In this document: positions 39,653-49,636 of the stretch, in pieces
How the letters are laid out: each line of letters starts with the position of its first letter
Position numbering within the stretch: position 1 is the stretch's first letter
Source: an uncultured Staphylococcaceae bacterium
GTDB lineage: Bacteria > Bacillota_I > Bacilli_A > RFN20 > CAG-826
Direction of reading: 5' to 3'
Length of the DNA stretch: 64,000 bases
Assembly (NCBI GenBank): GCA_964504595.1
Contig: CAZDEE010000005.1
Span: 7,883 to 71,882 of the forward strand
Program-made: the position numbers and the translations under genes
Notes under the pieces: model-generated
Told to the model about the DNA's origin: nothing
Database searches by the model: none
What the model saw: only the letters and a program-made list of their open reading frames with translations

Positions 39653-40342
39653 ATGAAAAAGAAATATGTTGCTTTAATTATTTTTACCACGATTGGTATA
39701 GGATTATCTCTTGCAGGTGCAATTGGCTTAAATTTTGATCTTTCTTCTGTTACTGCCGGTGCTGAATTTAAAGAAATAGAAGAGAAATATTCTTTAATTA
39801 AAAATGAAGAAGAGACATTGAATATTAATGTTAGTTCTAGTAAAGTTCAAATTGTGAAATCAAGTAGTGATGAAATAGAGGTAAGTTATATAAGCGATGA
39901 AGCTGTTCTTTTATATGAAGAAAATTTATTGAGCTTTGTTCCAAAAATAAAGTTAGATTATTGGTATAATCCCTTTGCTACTTTATCTTCCCAATATGAA
40001 ATTAAAATAGGTTTACCTGAAAATGGTTATAAGCATTTAAATATCTACGCAAATGCATCAACTTTAAGCATTAGCGAAATGGGATTTGCTTCGATTAATT
40101 TAAAAGCTTCTGCATGTGATATTAAATTAGAAACTATTGTGGTTGATGAATTAGAATTTTTAATTTCCGCTTGTTCTTTAAATGCTAAATTAATGGGAAC
40201 AAGAGATGATTATTTTGTTGATATAAAGACAAGTATGGGTAGTTGTAATATTAATGAAAATGATAATAATCCGGAAAAAGTTTATTCTAAAAGTATTACT
40301 GGTATTGTAAATACAGGGGCTGCGATTGTTAATTTTGCATAG
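39653..40342 (+). CDS. DUF4097-like beta-strand repeat membrane-anchored protein
   Basis: N-terminal TM, beta-rich repeats, usual partner of DUF1700. Confidence 0.6.
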   Translation: MKKKYVALIIFTTIGIGLSLAGAIGLNFDLSSVTAGAEFKEIEEKYSLIKNEEETLNINVSSSKVQIVKSSSDEIEVSYISDEAVLLYEENLLSFVPKIKLDYWYNPFATLSSQYEIKIGLPENGYKHLNIYANASTLSISEMGFASINLKASACDIKLETIVVDELEFLISACSLNAKLMGTRDDYFVDIKTSMGSCNINENDNNPEKVYSKSITGIVNTGAAIVNFA

Positions 40343-40366
40343 TTTATAATTATTTTGTTCATACTA
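40337..40366 (+). promoter_or_regulatory. SigmaG-like promoter
   Basis: GCATA-N18-CATACTA, a full match to the Bacillus sigmaG consensus. Confidence 0.55.
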
Positions 40367-40381
40367 CATTTGGGTGATAGT

Positions 40382-40852
40382 ATGAATGAAACAAAATTAA
40401 TGAAGAGATTTTTAGCCTCAGTAAAAATGGGTAATCGAATTATAAGAAATATTGAAACAAGGACATCTTCTTTAGAGATAAGAAAACTATGGGTTGATAT
40501 TTTGAATTCTTTTGCGGTGCATGAAAACAATATTGTTACGGTTATGGAAAAACTAGATGTCAATACCGATGTTGATTTATCAATCATGCAGAAGATGGCT
40601 ATTTGTATGCAAAAAAGCAAATTAAAAGGCAATGATGATGTTGAATTATTACTTCTGGGTGTTGAAGGACTTGAAATGGGTATGGTTGGATCATTAAAGT
40701 TTATACACGTTAATGAAGCAATCAATGAGGAATTTATTTTAGAAGTAATTGCAATCTATGATGAATATGAAAGAAGTTTTAATAGAGTTGTTAAAAAGAT
40801 TAAAGAGTATTTAAATTTAGATTATAGAAGATCAAAAAAGAATGACTTATAA
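40382..40852 (+). CDS. Hypothetical helical protein, ferritin-like/DUF2383-like
   Basis: MG..I, H...I, EG.EMG pattern; GGGTGA RBS. Confidence 0.5.
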   Translation: MNETKLMKRFLASVKMGNRIIRNIETRTSSLEIRKLWVDILNSFAVHENNIVTVMEKLDVNTDVDLSIMQKMAICMQKSKLKGNDDVELLLLGVEGLEMGMVGSLKFIHVNEAINEEFILEVIAIYDEYERSFNRVVKKIKEYLNLDYRRSKKNDL

Positions 40853-41003
40853 ATATTATGTTAAAACAGTATTTTAGAATTAAAATAGCTTTTTTTTAAG
40901 GCATCAATTATGAATATCATAGTTGATGTTTTATTTATGCATATTTTATTGTTTTAGATATTATTTATTAACTTAATTTATTACTCTTTTAATAGTTCTA
41001 TAA

Positions 41004-41031
41004 TTGACAAAAACAATTGTTTTGATATACT
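41004..41031 (+). promoter_or_regulatory. SigmaA promoter for the riboswitch/P-type ATPase transcript
   Basis: TTGACA-N16-TGA-TATACT. Confidence 0.65.
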
Positions 41032-41039
41032 ATAACTAA

Positions 41040-41140
41040 CTCGTGAGGGAGTAAGAAGCGTAGTAAAACTACGGGGCGAAGTCAACAATCGATGTTAAAA
41101 AAAACATCTGGCTAGCCTTAAAATATGAGACTCATGTAGA
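41040..41140 (+). ncRNA. yybP-ykoY (Mn2+-sensing) riboswitch aptamer
   Basis: P1 CGTGAG/CTCATG with GGGAGTA and GAGAC internal-loop strands, GTCAACA...TGGC arm, CGTAGT/ACTACG hairpin; lies upstream of a P-type ATPase, the typical context. Confidence 0.7.
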
Positions 41141-41177
41141 GCAGCGTTTGCGATACATGGTGGATTAAAAATGAATT

Positions 41178-41210
41178 ACCTAAGTGTGGCAAATGCATTT
41201 AGGTTTTTTT
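41178..41210 (+). terminator. Riboswitch expression-platform terminator
   Basis: ACCTAAGTGT-GGCAA-ATGCATTTAGGT plus T-run before the start codon. Confidence 0.75.
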
Positions 41211-41233
41211 ATTTAAATAAGAGGTGAAAGTTA

Positions 41234-43894
41234 ATGAATGAGTATTTAAAAGGAAAAGAACAAGTTTTAAAAGAGCAAGCTACTTCAGAAAGTGGTTTAT
41301 CTTTAGAGGATGTTAAACTACGACAAGAAAAATATGGTAAGAACAAATTAGCGGACGCTAAAAAAACACCTTTGATTATTAAATTTCTTCTTGAATTTAA
41401 AGATCCAATGGTTTTAATTTTAATAGCCGCGGCAATTGTTTCATTAGTACTTGCAATTGTAGAAAATGAATCATTCGCTGATACCATTATTATTTTAGCG
41501 GTTGTTATGATTAATGCTATTCTTGGAGTTATTCAAGAAAACAAAGCTGAAAAAGCGATTGAAGCGTTACAAGAGATGTCTCGTGCGACAAGTAAGGTTA
41601 TAAGAAATGATCATGTTATGGTTGTTAATGCTGAAGATTTAGTTCCAGGTGACATCGTTCTTCTTGAAGCGGGTGATGCAGTTCCAGCCGATGCTAGAAT
41701 TATTGAATGCGCAAGTTTAAAAGTTGAAGAAGCCGCTCTTACAGGAGAATCAGTCCCAGTATTAAAAACTTCAGATGTTATCGCTAAGGAAGAAAAAGAA
41801 ATTCTTCTTGGAGATCGTAAAAATATGCTTTATATGGGTAGTAATGTTGTTTATGGACGTGCTAAAGCGATTATCGTTTCAACGGGTATGGATACTGAGA
41901 TGGGTAAAATCGCCACGGCATTAACCGAAGCTAAAGAAGGCGATACTCCATTACAAAAGAAACTCAATCAATTAAGTAAAATCTTAACAATTTTAGTTTT
42001 AATTATTTGTGTGATTATCTTTGCTGTTGGATTAATTACTGATGGCTTTGAAGTTGAGGCTATTTTAGGCTCATTTATGACTGCAATTTCTTTAGCAGTT
42101 GCGGCAATTCCTGAAGGCTTAGCCGCGGTCGTAACTATCGTTTTATCAATTGGTGTAACTAAAATGTCTAAACGTAATGCCACAATTAGAAAATTAACCG
42201 CAGTTGAAACATTAGGTTGTACACAAGTTATTTGTTCAGATAAAACTGGAACATTAACTCAAAATAAAATGACAGTTGTTGAACAATATTCAAATGATGA
42301 AATATTATTAGCAAGAGCTATGGCGTTATGTTCAGATGCTGAACTTGAAGAATGTGGTTCTGTAGGTGAACCGACAGAATGTGCATTAGTTAATTACGCA
42401 AAAAAATTAGATTTAGATAAGAATGAATTAAAAATTTCATATCCTCGTGTAGGAGAAGCACCATTTGATTCTTTAAGAAAAATGATGTCTACGGTTCATA
42501 ATTATAATGGACAAATAATTCAATATACTAAAGGCGCTCCAGATGAAGTGTTAAAGAGATGTAATTATTATTGGAATGGTAGTGAAATGATCCCTTTAAC
42601 TGAGTCACTTAAACAAGAAATTTTAGCTGCAAATAAAAATATGGCTTCAAAAGCATTACGTATATTATGTGCGGCGATGAAAATCTTAGATGGGGTTCCT
42701 TATTCCTTTGCGGCAGAAGATATTGAAAATGATTTATGTTATGTTGGCTTAGTCGGTATGATTGATCCAATTAGACCAGAAGTTAAAGTCGCTATTGAGC
42801 AATGTAAAGATGCTGGTATAAGAGCGGTTATGATTACTGGTGATCATATTGATACAGCTGTAGCTATTGCTAAACAATTAGGTATTTTAGAAGATGAATC
42901 ACAAGCGATAACTGGTGCTGATTTAAATAATATGAGCGATGAAGAATTAATTGCTAATATTGGTAATTATAGTGTATATGCCCGTGTTCAACCTGAACAT
43001 AAAGTTCGTATTGTTAAAGCATGGCAAGCTTTAGGAAAAGTTACCGCGATGACCGGTGATGGTGTTAATGATGCTCCATCAATTAAAAATGCTGATATTG
43101 GTGTTGGTATGGGTATTACTGGTACCGATGTTACTAAAAATGTTGCTGATATGGTTTTAGCGGATGATAATTTTGCGACTATTGTTTCTGCAGTTGAAGA
43201 AGGTAGAAGAATTTATGACAATATTCGAAAATCAATTCAATTCTTACTTTCAAGTAATCTTGCGGAAGTTATTTCGGTCTTTGTATCTTCTTTAATCGGA
43301 TTTAAGATTTTAAAACCTGCTCACTTATTATGGATTAATTTAATTACTGATAGTATTCCGGCAATTGCCTTAGGTATGGAAGATAGTGAACATGATATTA
43401 TGAAACGTGAACCTCGTAATCCTAAAGATGGTATCTTCTCTAATGGATTAGGTGTCGATGTTGTGGTTCAAGGTTTATTAGTTTCATTAATAACATTAGT
43501 TTCCTTCTTCGTCGGTCACTATATTGAATGGGTTGATGTAGCGGATACTGGCATTAAGTTCTGGGATTTCTTACATGGAGGAGAAAGTCCAGATGGTATG
43601 ACAATGGCATTTTTAACTCTTTCCTTTGTTGAGTTATTCCATGCGTTTAATATGCGTTCCCGTAAAGAATCCATCTTTACAATTAAAAAACAAAATATGG
43701 TTTTATGGGGTGCGACTATTGCTTCTTTAGTTTTAACGACTATGGTAATTTATGTTCCATTCTTAAGCGACGCTTTTGGATTTACAAGTATTAGCTTTAT
43801 TGAATATATAGTAGCTATCGCTTTAGCGTTAACAATTATTCCAATTATGGAATTAATAAAGTTAGTTCAAAGATCAATTAAAAAGAATAAATAG
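41234..43894 (+). CDS. P2A-type cation-translocating ATPase (YoaB/MgtA-like; probably Mn2+/Ca2+ export)
   Basis: LTGES, AIPEGL, CSDKTGTLT, KGAPD, MITGD, TGDGVND, LLWINLITD. Confidence 0.95.
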   Translation: MNEYLKGKEQVLKEQATSESGLSLEDVKLRQEKYGKNKLADAKKTPLIIKFLLEFKDPMVLILIAAAIVSLVLAIVENESFADTIIILAVVMINAILGVIQENKAEKAIEALQEMSRATSKVIRNDHVMVVNAEDLVPGDIVLLEAGDAVPADARIIECASLKVEEAALTGESVPVLKTSDVIAKEEKEILLGDRKNMLYMGSNVVYGRAKAIIVSTGMDTEMGKIATALTEAKEGDTPLQKKLNQLSKILTILVLIICVIIFAVGLITDGFEVEAILGSFMTAISLAVAAIPEGLAAVVTIVLSIGVTKMSKRNATIRKLTAVETLGCTQVICSDKTGTLTQNKMTVVEQYSNDEILLARAMALCSDAELEECGSVGEPTECALVNYAKKLDLDKNELKISYPRVGEAPFDSLRKMMSTVHNYNGQIIQYTKGAPDEVLKRCNYYWNGSEMIPLTESLKQEILAANKNMASKALRILCAAMKILDGVPYSFAAEDIENDLCYVGLVGMIDPIRPEVKVAIEQCKDAGIRAVMITGDHIDTAVAIAKQLGILEDESQAITGADLNNMSDEELIANIGNYSVYARVQPEHKVRIVKAWQALGKVTAMTGDGVNDAPSIKNADIGVGMGITGTDVTKNVADMVLADDNFATIVSAVEEGRRIYDNIRKSIQFLLSSNLAEVISVFVSSLIGFKILKPAHLLWINLITDSIPAIALGMEDSEHDIMKREPRNPKDGIFSNGLGVDVVVQGLLVSLITLVSFFVGHYIEWVDVADTGIKFWDFLHGGESPDGMTMAFLTLSFVELFHAFNMRSRKESIFTIKKQNMVLWGATIASLVLTTMVIYVPFLSDAFGFTSISFIEYIVAIALALTIIPIMELIKLVQRSIKKNK

Positions 43895-43921
43895 TTATGA
43901 GGTCATAGAAATATGACCTTT

Positions 43922-44719
43922 TTATATGATTTCTAATAGGATCATAATGGCAAATCCGAACATAAAGGCCCATATTCCATAATGTTCAAAGCCGTCTTTT
44001 CTAGCGGATGGTAACAATTCATCGATAGTTACATAAATCATTGAACCGGCGCCAAAAGCAAGTAACCAGGACATTAAGGATGATATCGAAGTGGCTAAAA
44101 TAATTCCAATAATACCGAATATAGGCTCAACACTCCCACTTAATATACTTAATATAAATGCTTTTCCTTTTGATAATCCTTCATCATGAAGAGGTATTGC
44201 GACTGCAGAACTTTCTGGAAAGTTTTGAATAGACATACCGATAGCTAATGATAAAGCGCTTATCATTGCTTCTTCTGTTTTTAAGGCTAATGCTCCTCCA
44301 CAAGCAAATCCCACAGATAGACCTTCAGGAATATTATGAATTGTGACCGCAAGAACAAATTTTATTTGTCTTGATATTTTATTGTTTTTGATTCCTTCTT
44401 CATTTTCGCTATTATGATGGAAATGTGGGATGATTTTATCAAGAATAAATAATATTAGTCCTCCTAATAAAAATCCTCCAACAACCGGGATAAAAGAAAA
44501 AAGGTAATAGGTTTCTTTTGCTCTTTCAATTGATGGTAATAGTAATCCAAATAAACCAGCACAAATCATAATGCCACTGGTAAAGCCTAATATGGCATTG
44601 CTTACTTTACTAGATAGTTGTTTTCTAATAAAGAAAACGGTTGTTGCTCCAAGAACGTTAGCAAAAAATACTACGCTAAATGAAATAATGGTAATAAGTA
44701 TTGGTGTCATTATTGTCAC
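43922..44719 (-). CDS. ZIP family metal transporter
   Basis: HFHHN, HNIPEGLSVG, IQNFPE, SGSVEP, GAGSMIYV..DEL. Confidence 0.92.
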   Translation of the reverse strand: MTIMTPILITIISFSVVFFANVLGATTVFFIRKQLSSKVSNAILGFTSGIMICAGLFGLLLPSIERAKETYYLFSFIPVVGGFLLGGLILFILDKIIPHFHHNSENEEGIKNNKISRQIKFVLAVTIHNIPEGLSVGFACGGALALKTEEAMISALSLAIGMSIQNFPESSAVAIPLHDEGLSKGKAFILSILSGSVEPIFGIIGIILATSISSLMSWLLAFGAGSMIYVTIDELLPSARKDGFEHYGIWAFMFGFAIMILLEII

Positions 44720-44852
44720 ATCCTTACTTTATTAGTTTATTCACTTTTTAAGAAAACGAAATTAAATATTTTACATTTAATAATTTGCTTTATTTTAGAT
44801 TGTTCGCTTTTTATTTGGAAGTTTGTCCATACTAAAAATGAGGTGAATATTA

Positions 44853-46136
44853 ATGGCTAAAATTAAAGATATTATGGCAAGAGAAGTCTTAGATTCAAGA
44901 GGCAATCCGACGATTGAGACTGATGTATATTTAGATGATGGATCATTTGGAAGAGCGATTGTTCCTTCGGGTGCTTCAACTGGTAAAAAGGAAGCTTTAG
45001 AATTACGTGATGGTGATAAAAATAGATTTCTAGGTAATGGTGTTTTACAAGCGGTTAATAATGTGAATACGATTTTAAAGAATTTACTTGTAGGACAAGA
45101 AGCATCACAAGAGTTAATAGATAATTTGATGATTAATGAAGATGGAACTAAAAATAAATCTCGTTTAGGCGCAAATGCAATATTAAGTATCTCTTTAGCG
45201 GTATTACATGCGCTTAGTGATTCAAAAGATGTTCCTTTATATAAATTATGGCATCAGGATGATAATTATTATATGCCGGTTCCAATGATGAATATTATTA
45301 ATGGAGGAAGACATGCTTCTAATGCAGTTGATTTTCAAGAGTATATGATTGTTCCTGTTAAAGCTGATTCTTTTAAAACTGCGGTTAGAATGGGAAGTGA
45401 AATATTTCATACTTTAAAATCACTTTTATTAAGAGATAATCTATCTATTGGTGTCGGTGATGAAGGAGGATTTGCTCCTGATTTTAAAGATAATCAATCT
45501 CCTTTAGATTATATAATTGAAGCTATTTCGAAAGCAGGTTATAAACCGGGTGAGGATGTTTGTATCGCTTTAGATGTTGCTTCAAGTGAATTCTATTTAG
45601 CAGATGAACAAGTATATGATTTACATAAAAGTAATAATGGCAAAAAGACTACAGATGAGATGATTGATTATTTAGAATGGCTTGTAGATAATTATCCTAT
45701 TATATCGATAGAAGATGGATTAAGTGAAGATGATATTGAAGGATGGAAGAAATTAACTTCTAGATTAGGTGATAGAATACAACTTGTAGGGGATGATTTA
45801 TTCGTTACTAATTATGAATTATTAAAAGAGGGAATAGATAATAAGATTGCTAATGCGATATTAATTAAAGTTAATCAAATTGGAACGATTAGTGAAACAT
45901 TTAAAACGATAAATTTAGCTAAAGAGAATAATTATCGTATTATTATTTCTCATCGTTCTGGTGAAAGTGAAGACACTACGATTGCCGATTTAGCGGTTAT
46001 GTGTTCTTCTTTACAAATTAAAACTGGTTCTTTATCTAGATCAGAACGTGTTGCTAAATATAATAGATTGATAAGAATTGAAGAAGAACAAAATGGTAAT
46101 TCTATTTATCCTGGATATAAAGCATTTGATAAATAA
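44853..46136 (+). CDS. eno: Enolase
   Basis: DSRGNPT, VPSGASTG, GDEGGFAP, SIEDG, VGDDLFVTN, KVNQIG, SHRSGESED, RSERVAKYN. Confidence 0.97.
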   Translation: MAKIKDIMAREVLDSRGNPTIETDVYLDDGSFGRAIVPSGASTGKKEALELRDGDKNRFLGNGVLQAVNNVNTILKNLLVGQEASQELIDNLMINEDGTKNKSRLGANAILSISLAVLHALSDSKDVPLYKLWHQDDNYYMPVPMMNIINGGRHASNAVDFQEYMIVPVKADSFKTAVRMGSEIFHTLKSLLLRDNLSIGVGDEGGFAPDFKDNQSPLDYIIEAISKAGYKPGEDVCIALDVASSEFYLADEQVYDLHKSNNGKKTTDEMIDYLEWLVDNYPIISIEDGLSEDDIEGWKKLTSRLGDRIQLVGDDLFVTNYELLKEGIDNKIANAILIKVNQIGTISETFKTINLAKENNYRIIISHRSGESEDTTIADLAVMCSSLQIKTGSLSRSERVAKYNRLIRIEEEQNGNSIYPGYKAFDK

Positions 46137-46335
46137 CTAAAAAATACGTTTATTGTAATTTTATAAATAAATGCCAAATTGTTTCTTGAAATTGACATTA
46201 TTTTATTAATATTTAATAAAAAAGCCCTTACATTTATACTTGTAATTATCAATTTATAGTTTATAATATATGTATAAAAAAGGGCTTTTCTTATGGAAAA
46301 ACCCTTTAATATTCTCTAAAGAAAGGAAAAAATAT

Positions 46336-47757
46336 ATGAAAAAAATATTTAAGAGACTTGCAGGATTAATGATGGGGTTGTTAGCAGTTGCAGGCTTAGC
46401 AGGATTAAATGCAAGTAATTCAGTTGTTGCATCTGCTGAAAAAAATACGACAGATGACAGTCAAGAAAAGTGGTCTATAATAGGTTCGAGAACAGGATGG
46501 AATACTGATTTTGGTGATTTGATTTATGATTCAGAGGATGACCGTTATGAATTAGCAATAGTATTAAATACGGGTGAAGAATTTAAGCTTCGACTTAATA
46601 AGACTTGGCCAAACGAAGGTGGAAAAGAAATCGGTTATGGCGGAAATACAGGTGGCAATATTGGAACTTATTTAGAAAATGCTTATGGGAATTTTAAGGT
46701 AAAAGAAACTGGTTCTTATATTTTGTGGGTTAAAGATGAAAATGTAAGAGATTATGATGACAAATCATATGGTTTTGGAATTGATAAAGTTGAAGCTAAA
46801 ACTTATACTGTTACTCATTATAAAAAAGATGGAAGTGTTTTAGCAACTGATGATACTGTTCTAGAAAATTCTACGTACAATCCAAAATTTGAAGAAGTTG
46901 AAGGATTTAGATTAGAAGGTTGGTATACAGAACCAGAATTAGTTAATAAATTTGAAAAAGCAACTCCAATTACAAGTGATTTAAATTTATATCCAAAATA
47001 TGTTGAAGCAGAAGATTATGTTGCTTATTTCTATGATGGTAACAATGTTTTAGATTCTACTGTTTATGCATATATGTATAGAGATTCAACAGATGGTGGA
47101 AAAAATGCTGATTGGCCAGGCATTGCTATGGAAAAAGATACTAACGGATGTTGGAAAATTGAAATAGATGCTTCACAAACATATACTAAGATTATTTTTA
47201 ACAATGGTAGTATACAAACTGATAATATAGTAGTTGTTGATGATCCTTTAAATATATATGCTTTTGTTGAATTAGGTGATAATAAATACACTGCATCAAA
47301 CAATACTGTTGTTGCCGCAATTAATGGTGAAAATGATGTTTCTGCCACAGGTTATTATTTAAAAGATTCTGAAGGTAATTTAACTAATGGTACTTCATTC
47401 ATTGCAAATGATCAAAAACAAATAGTATTTGAACAATATATAGCTAATGTTGATACATGTACTTCTTATGATAATTATGTAGAATATAATAAGTTAGCAG
47501 AAGGCTTAGATACATCAGTTAAAATTACTGATAAGAATGAAGAAAATAATGATATTGAAATTACAATTGCTGAGAAATTAGCGTATATGGAAGTTTATAG
47601 TAATTTCAAAAAAACAGAGAGTAGTTCAAAGGGTGTTAATATCTTAGGAAATATTTCTTCATCAAATAATATCGCTATCGTATTAGTGGTTGGTTTATTA
47701 GGTTTAACTGCAGTTGGAGCTTATTATTTCCTTAATAAAAGAAAATTTGCTAAATAA
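46336..47757 (+). CDS. Surface-anchored putative starch-binding protein (SusE/X25-like module, InlB B-repeat, CBM26-like module, C-terminal TM)
   Basis: Signal peptide; IIGS..GWN...EFKLR...W...G; GFRLEGWY; YAYMY...WPG..M...W...IIFNNG..QT; hydrophobic tail plus basic end. Confidence 0.7.
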   Translation: MKKIFKRLAGLMMGLLAVAGLAGLNASNSVVASAEKNTTDDSQEKWSIIGSRTGWNTDFGDLIYDSEDDRYELAIVLNTGEEFKLRLNKTWPNEGGKEIGYGGNTGGNIGTYLENAYGNFKVKETGSYILWVKDENVRDYDDKSYGFGIDKVEAKTYTVTHYKKDGSVLATDDTVLENSTYNPKFEEVEGFRLEGWYTEPELVNKFEKATPITSDLNLYPKYVEAEDYVAYFYDGNNVLDSTVYAYMYRDSTDGGKNADWPGIAMEKDTNGCWKIEIDASQTYTKIIFNNGSIQTDNIVVVDDPLNIYAFVELGDNKYTASNNTVVAAINGENDVSATGYYLKDSEGNLTNGTSFIANDQKQIVFEQYIANVDTCTSYDNYVEYNKLAEGLDTSVKITDKNEENNDIEITIAEKLAYMEVYSNFKKTESSSKGVNILGNISSSNNIAIVLVVGLLGLTAVGAYYFLNKRKFAK

Positions 47758-47783
47758 TTAACGATACACAAAATAGTTTAATT

Positions 47784-47820
47784 GAGGATGATAATGAAAT
47801 GAATTATTATCCTCTTTTTT
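47784..47820 (+). terminator. Rho-independent terminator
   Basis: GAGGATGATAAT...ATTATTATCCTC plus T-run. Confidence 0.7.
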
Positions 47821-47891
47821 GATGGTTTAAATACTTTGAGTGTTTATTTAAACATTGAAAAAGTGTATTCTAATTATAAGAGGTGATAAAT

Positions 47892-49118
47892 ATGATTTCT
47901 AAAGTAATATCTAGTGGAATTATGATTTTACTTTTGAGTCTTTCAATTAACATTGGAGGTAATAATGTTAAAAAGGTTTCTAGAAATATAGATAATTCAT
48001 TATTTGATAGTTTGGTTTCTTTCTCTATGGAAAGTGGGGGAGAGATATTATCAAATAACAACTTTAATACTGTTTATTCACCACTTAGCTTATATAGTGT
48101 TTTATCAGTTATGTCTACTTTAACTAATGAGGAAAGTGATTCATATTATGAACTATCAGAAGCGTTACAAATTAATAAAACATCTATTGAAAATAGCTTT
48201 AAATTATTAAAAAAAGATATTCGTAATGGATTAAAGAAATGTAATGTTACTAATTCTCTTTGGTATGACAATGTTGATAATATTTATAATGAAGAGTTTT
48301 TAAAAGAACAAACTAATAAAGTATATGTCACATTGAAAAAAGAAGATTTTAAAAAGAATGGACCATCCGCTTTTGCGGGGTTTATTAAGAAATCAACAAA
48401 TGGTTTAATTGATCCTGATCCTAATGATTTTGATTATATGAAAAATAATAATTTTGCCTTATTAAATACGATTTATTATAACGGAACTTGGTCTAAAAAG
48501 TTTGATAATAATCATAATATACAATTTATTAATGATAAAGGTATTAGTAAAGAATATACTTCAATAAGCAAAGAAGAAGATGTTTATTATTATAATGATG
48601 TTCGTATTAATTCAATTAGAATGGATTATAAAGATGGAGCGTATATAATTATGGTTAAGCCAATAGATAATTCTAATGAAACATTAAATGATATTATGAA
48701 GGATTATGGATATTTAAGTAGAATCCTTTCTCATTATCGAGATGTAGATGTGTTAACGAAAAGAGAAATTATTATTGATATTCCTAAATTTGAAGTAAAG
48801 TCAACTTTTGATTTAAATGATCATATTAAAGATGATTTAGGTATTAACGCTATTTATGAATTAAGTAATAAAGAGTTTTCTCCAATGCTTAATAGTCCAG
48901 ATTGTTATTTTAAAATGACTGAAATTAAACAAATGAGTTACATAAAAGTGGATGAAAAAGGAACTAAAGTAGCCGCAGCAACATTTTCATTTGGATGTGG
49001 AGGCAATATGGCTATGCAACCGGTAAATTTTACTGTCGATAAGTCAACGTTATATATTATTAATTCAAAAACTGATATCCCGATGTTTATGGGAGTTATT
49101 AGAGATGTAGGAGAGTAG
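47892..49118 (+). CDS. Serpin family protein (secreted)
   Basis: N.VYSPLS, NSLW, TNGLI, LLNTIYYNGTW..KF, IPKF, hinge VDEKGTKVAAAT, F.VDK...MFMG. Confidence 0.9.
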   Translation: MISKVISSGIMILLLSLSINIGGNNVKKVSRNIDNSLFDSLVSFSMESGGEILSNNNFNTVYSPLSLYSVLSVMSTLTNEESDSYYELSEALQINKTSIENSFKLLKKDIRNGLKKCNVTNSLWYDNVDNIYNEEFLKEQTNKVYVTLKKEDFKKNGPSAFAGFIKKSTNGLIDPDPNDFDYMKNNNFALLNTIYYNGTWSKKFDNNHNIQFINDKGISKEYTSISKEEDVYYYNDVRINSIRMDYKDGAYIIMVKPIDNSNETLNDIMKDYGYLSRILSHYRDVDVLTKREIIIDIPKFEVKSTFDLNDHIKDDLGINAIYELSNKEFSPMLNSPDCYFKMTEIKQMSYIKVDEKGTKVAAATFSFGCGGNMAMQPVNFTVDKSTLYIINSKTDIPMFMGVIRDVGE

Positions 49119-49124
49119 AATAAA

Positions 49125-49418
49125 TTGGAAATAATCGTTTGTAAAAGTTTAAATCAAATTAAAGAGCAGTATATGTTTTATGATAAGATAGATGAACAAG
49201 ATTATCATAAAGAATTAGACAAAGATATAAGTTATGATTTAAATGATGAAAAGTGGATTTCTTTACTTGCATTTAAAGAATCTTTATCAAAATTAAAAGA
49301 TAATTTAGATAATAATATATCTTCTGTATTTATTTTTGATGTTGATAATGAAAAGAAAATGAATATATTTAAAACATTATTAGAAAAGTATAGTTGTAAG
49401 GTTGTTTATTTGTTTTAA
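49125..49418 (+). CDS. Hypothetical protein
   Basis: 97-aa ORF, TTG start after AGGAGAG. Confidence 0.45.
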   Translation: MEIIVCKSLNQIKEQYMFYDKIDEQDYHKELDKDISYDLNDEKWISLLAFKESLSKLKDNLDNNISSVFIFDVDNEKKMNIFKTLLEKYSCKVVYLF

Positions 49419-49636
49419 TTGTTATTTAGTAGTGAGTCTCTCACTACTTTTTAAATACTTTAGAATAATAAAAGGATGCATTTTGACATCTTAAGATATT
49501 GTGGTTTTAAAGAGAAAATAATTAAAGCGTTTGATTTTAATTTGTTTGTAATTAGGCTATAATAAATAAAGCGGGATAATTGTATTTATTAATCGCAATT
49601 AATAACGAATTTAATTAGTAAGAAGGTAAACAAAGC

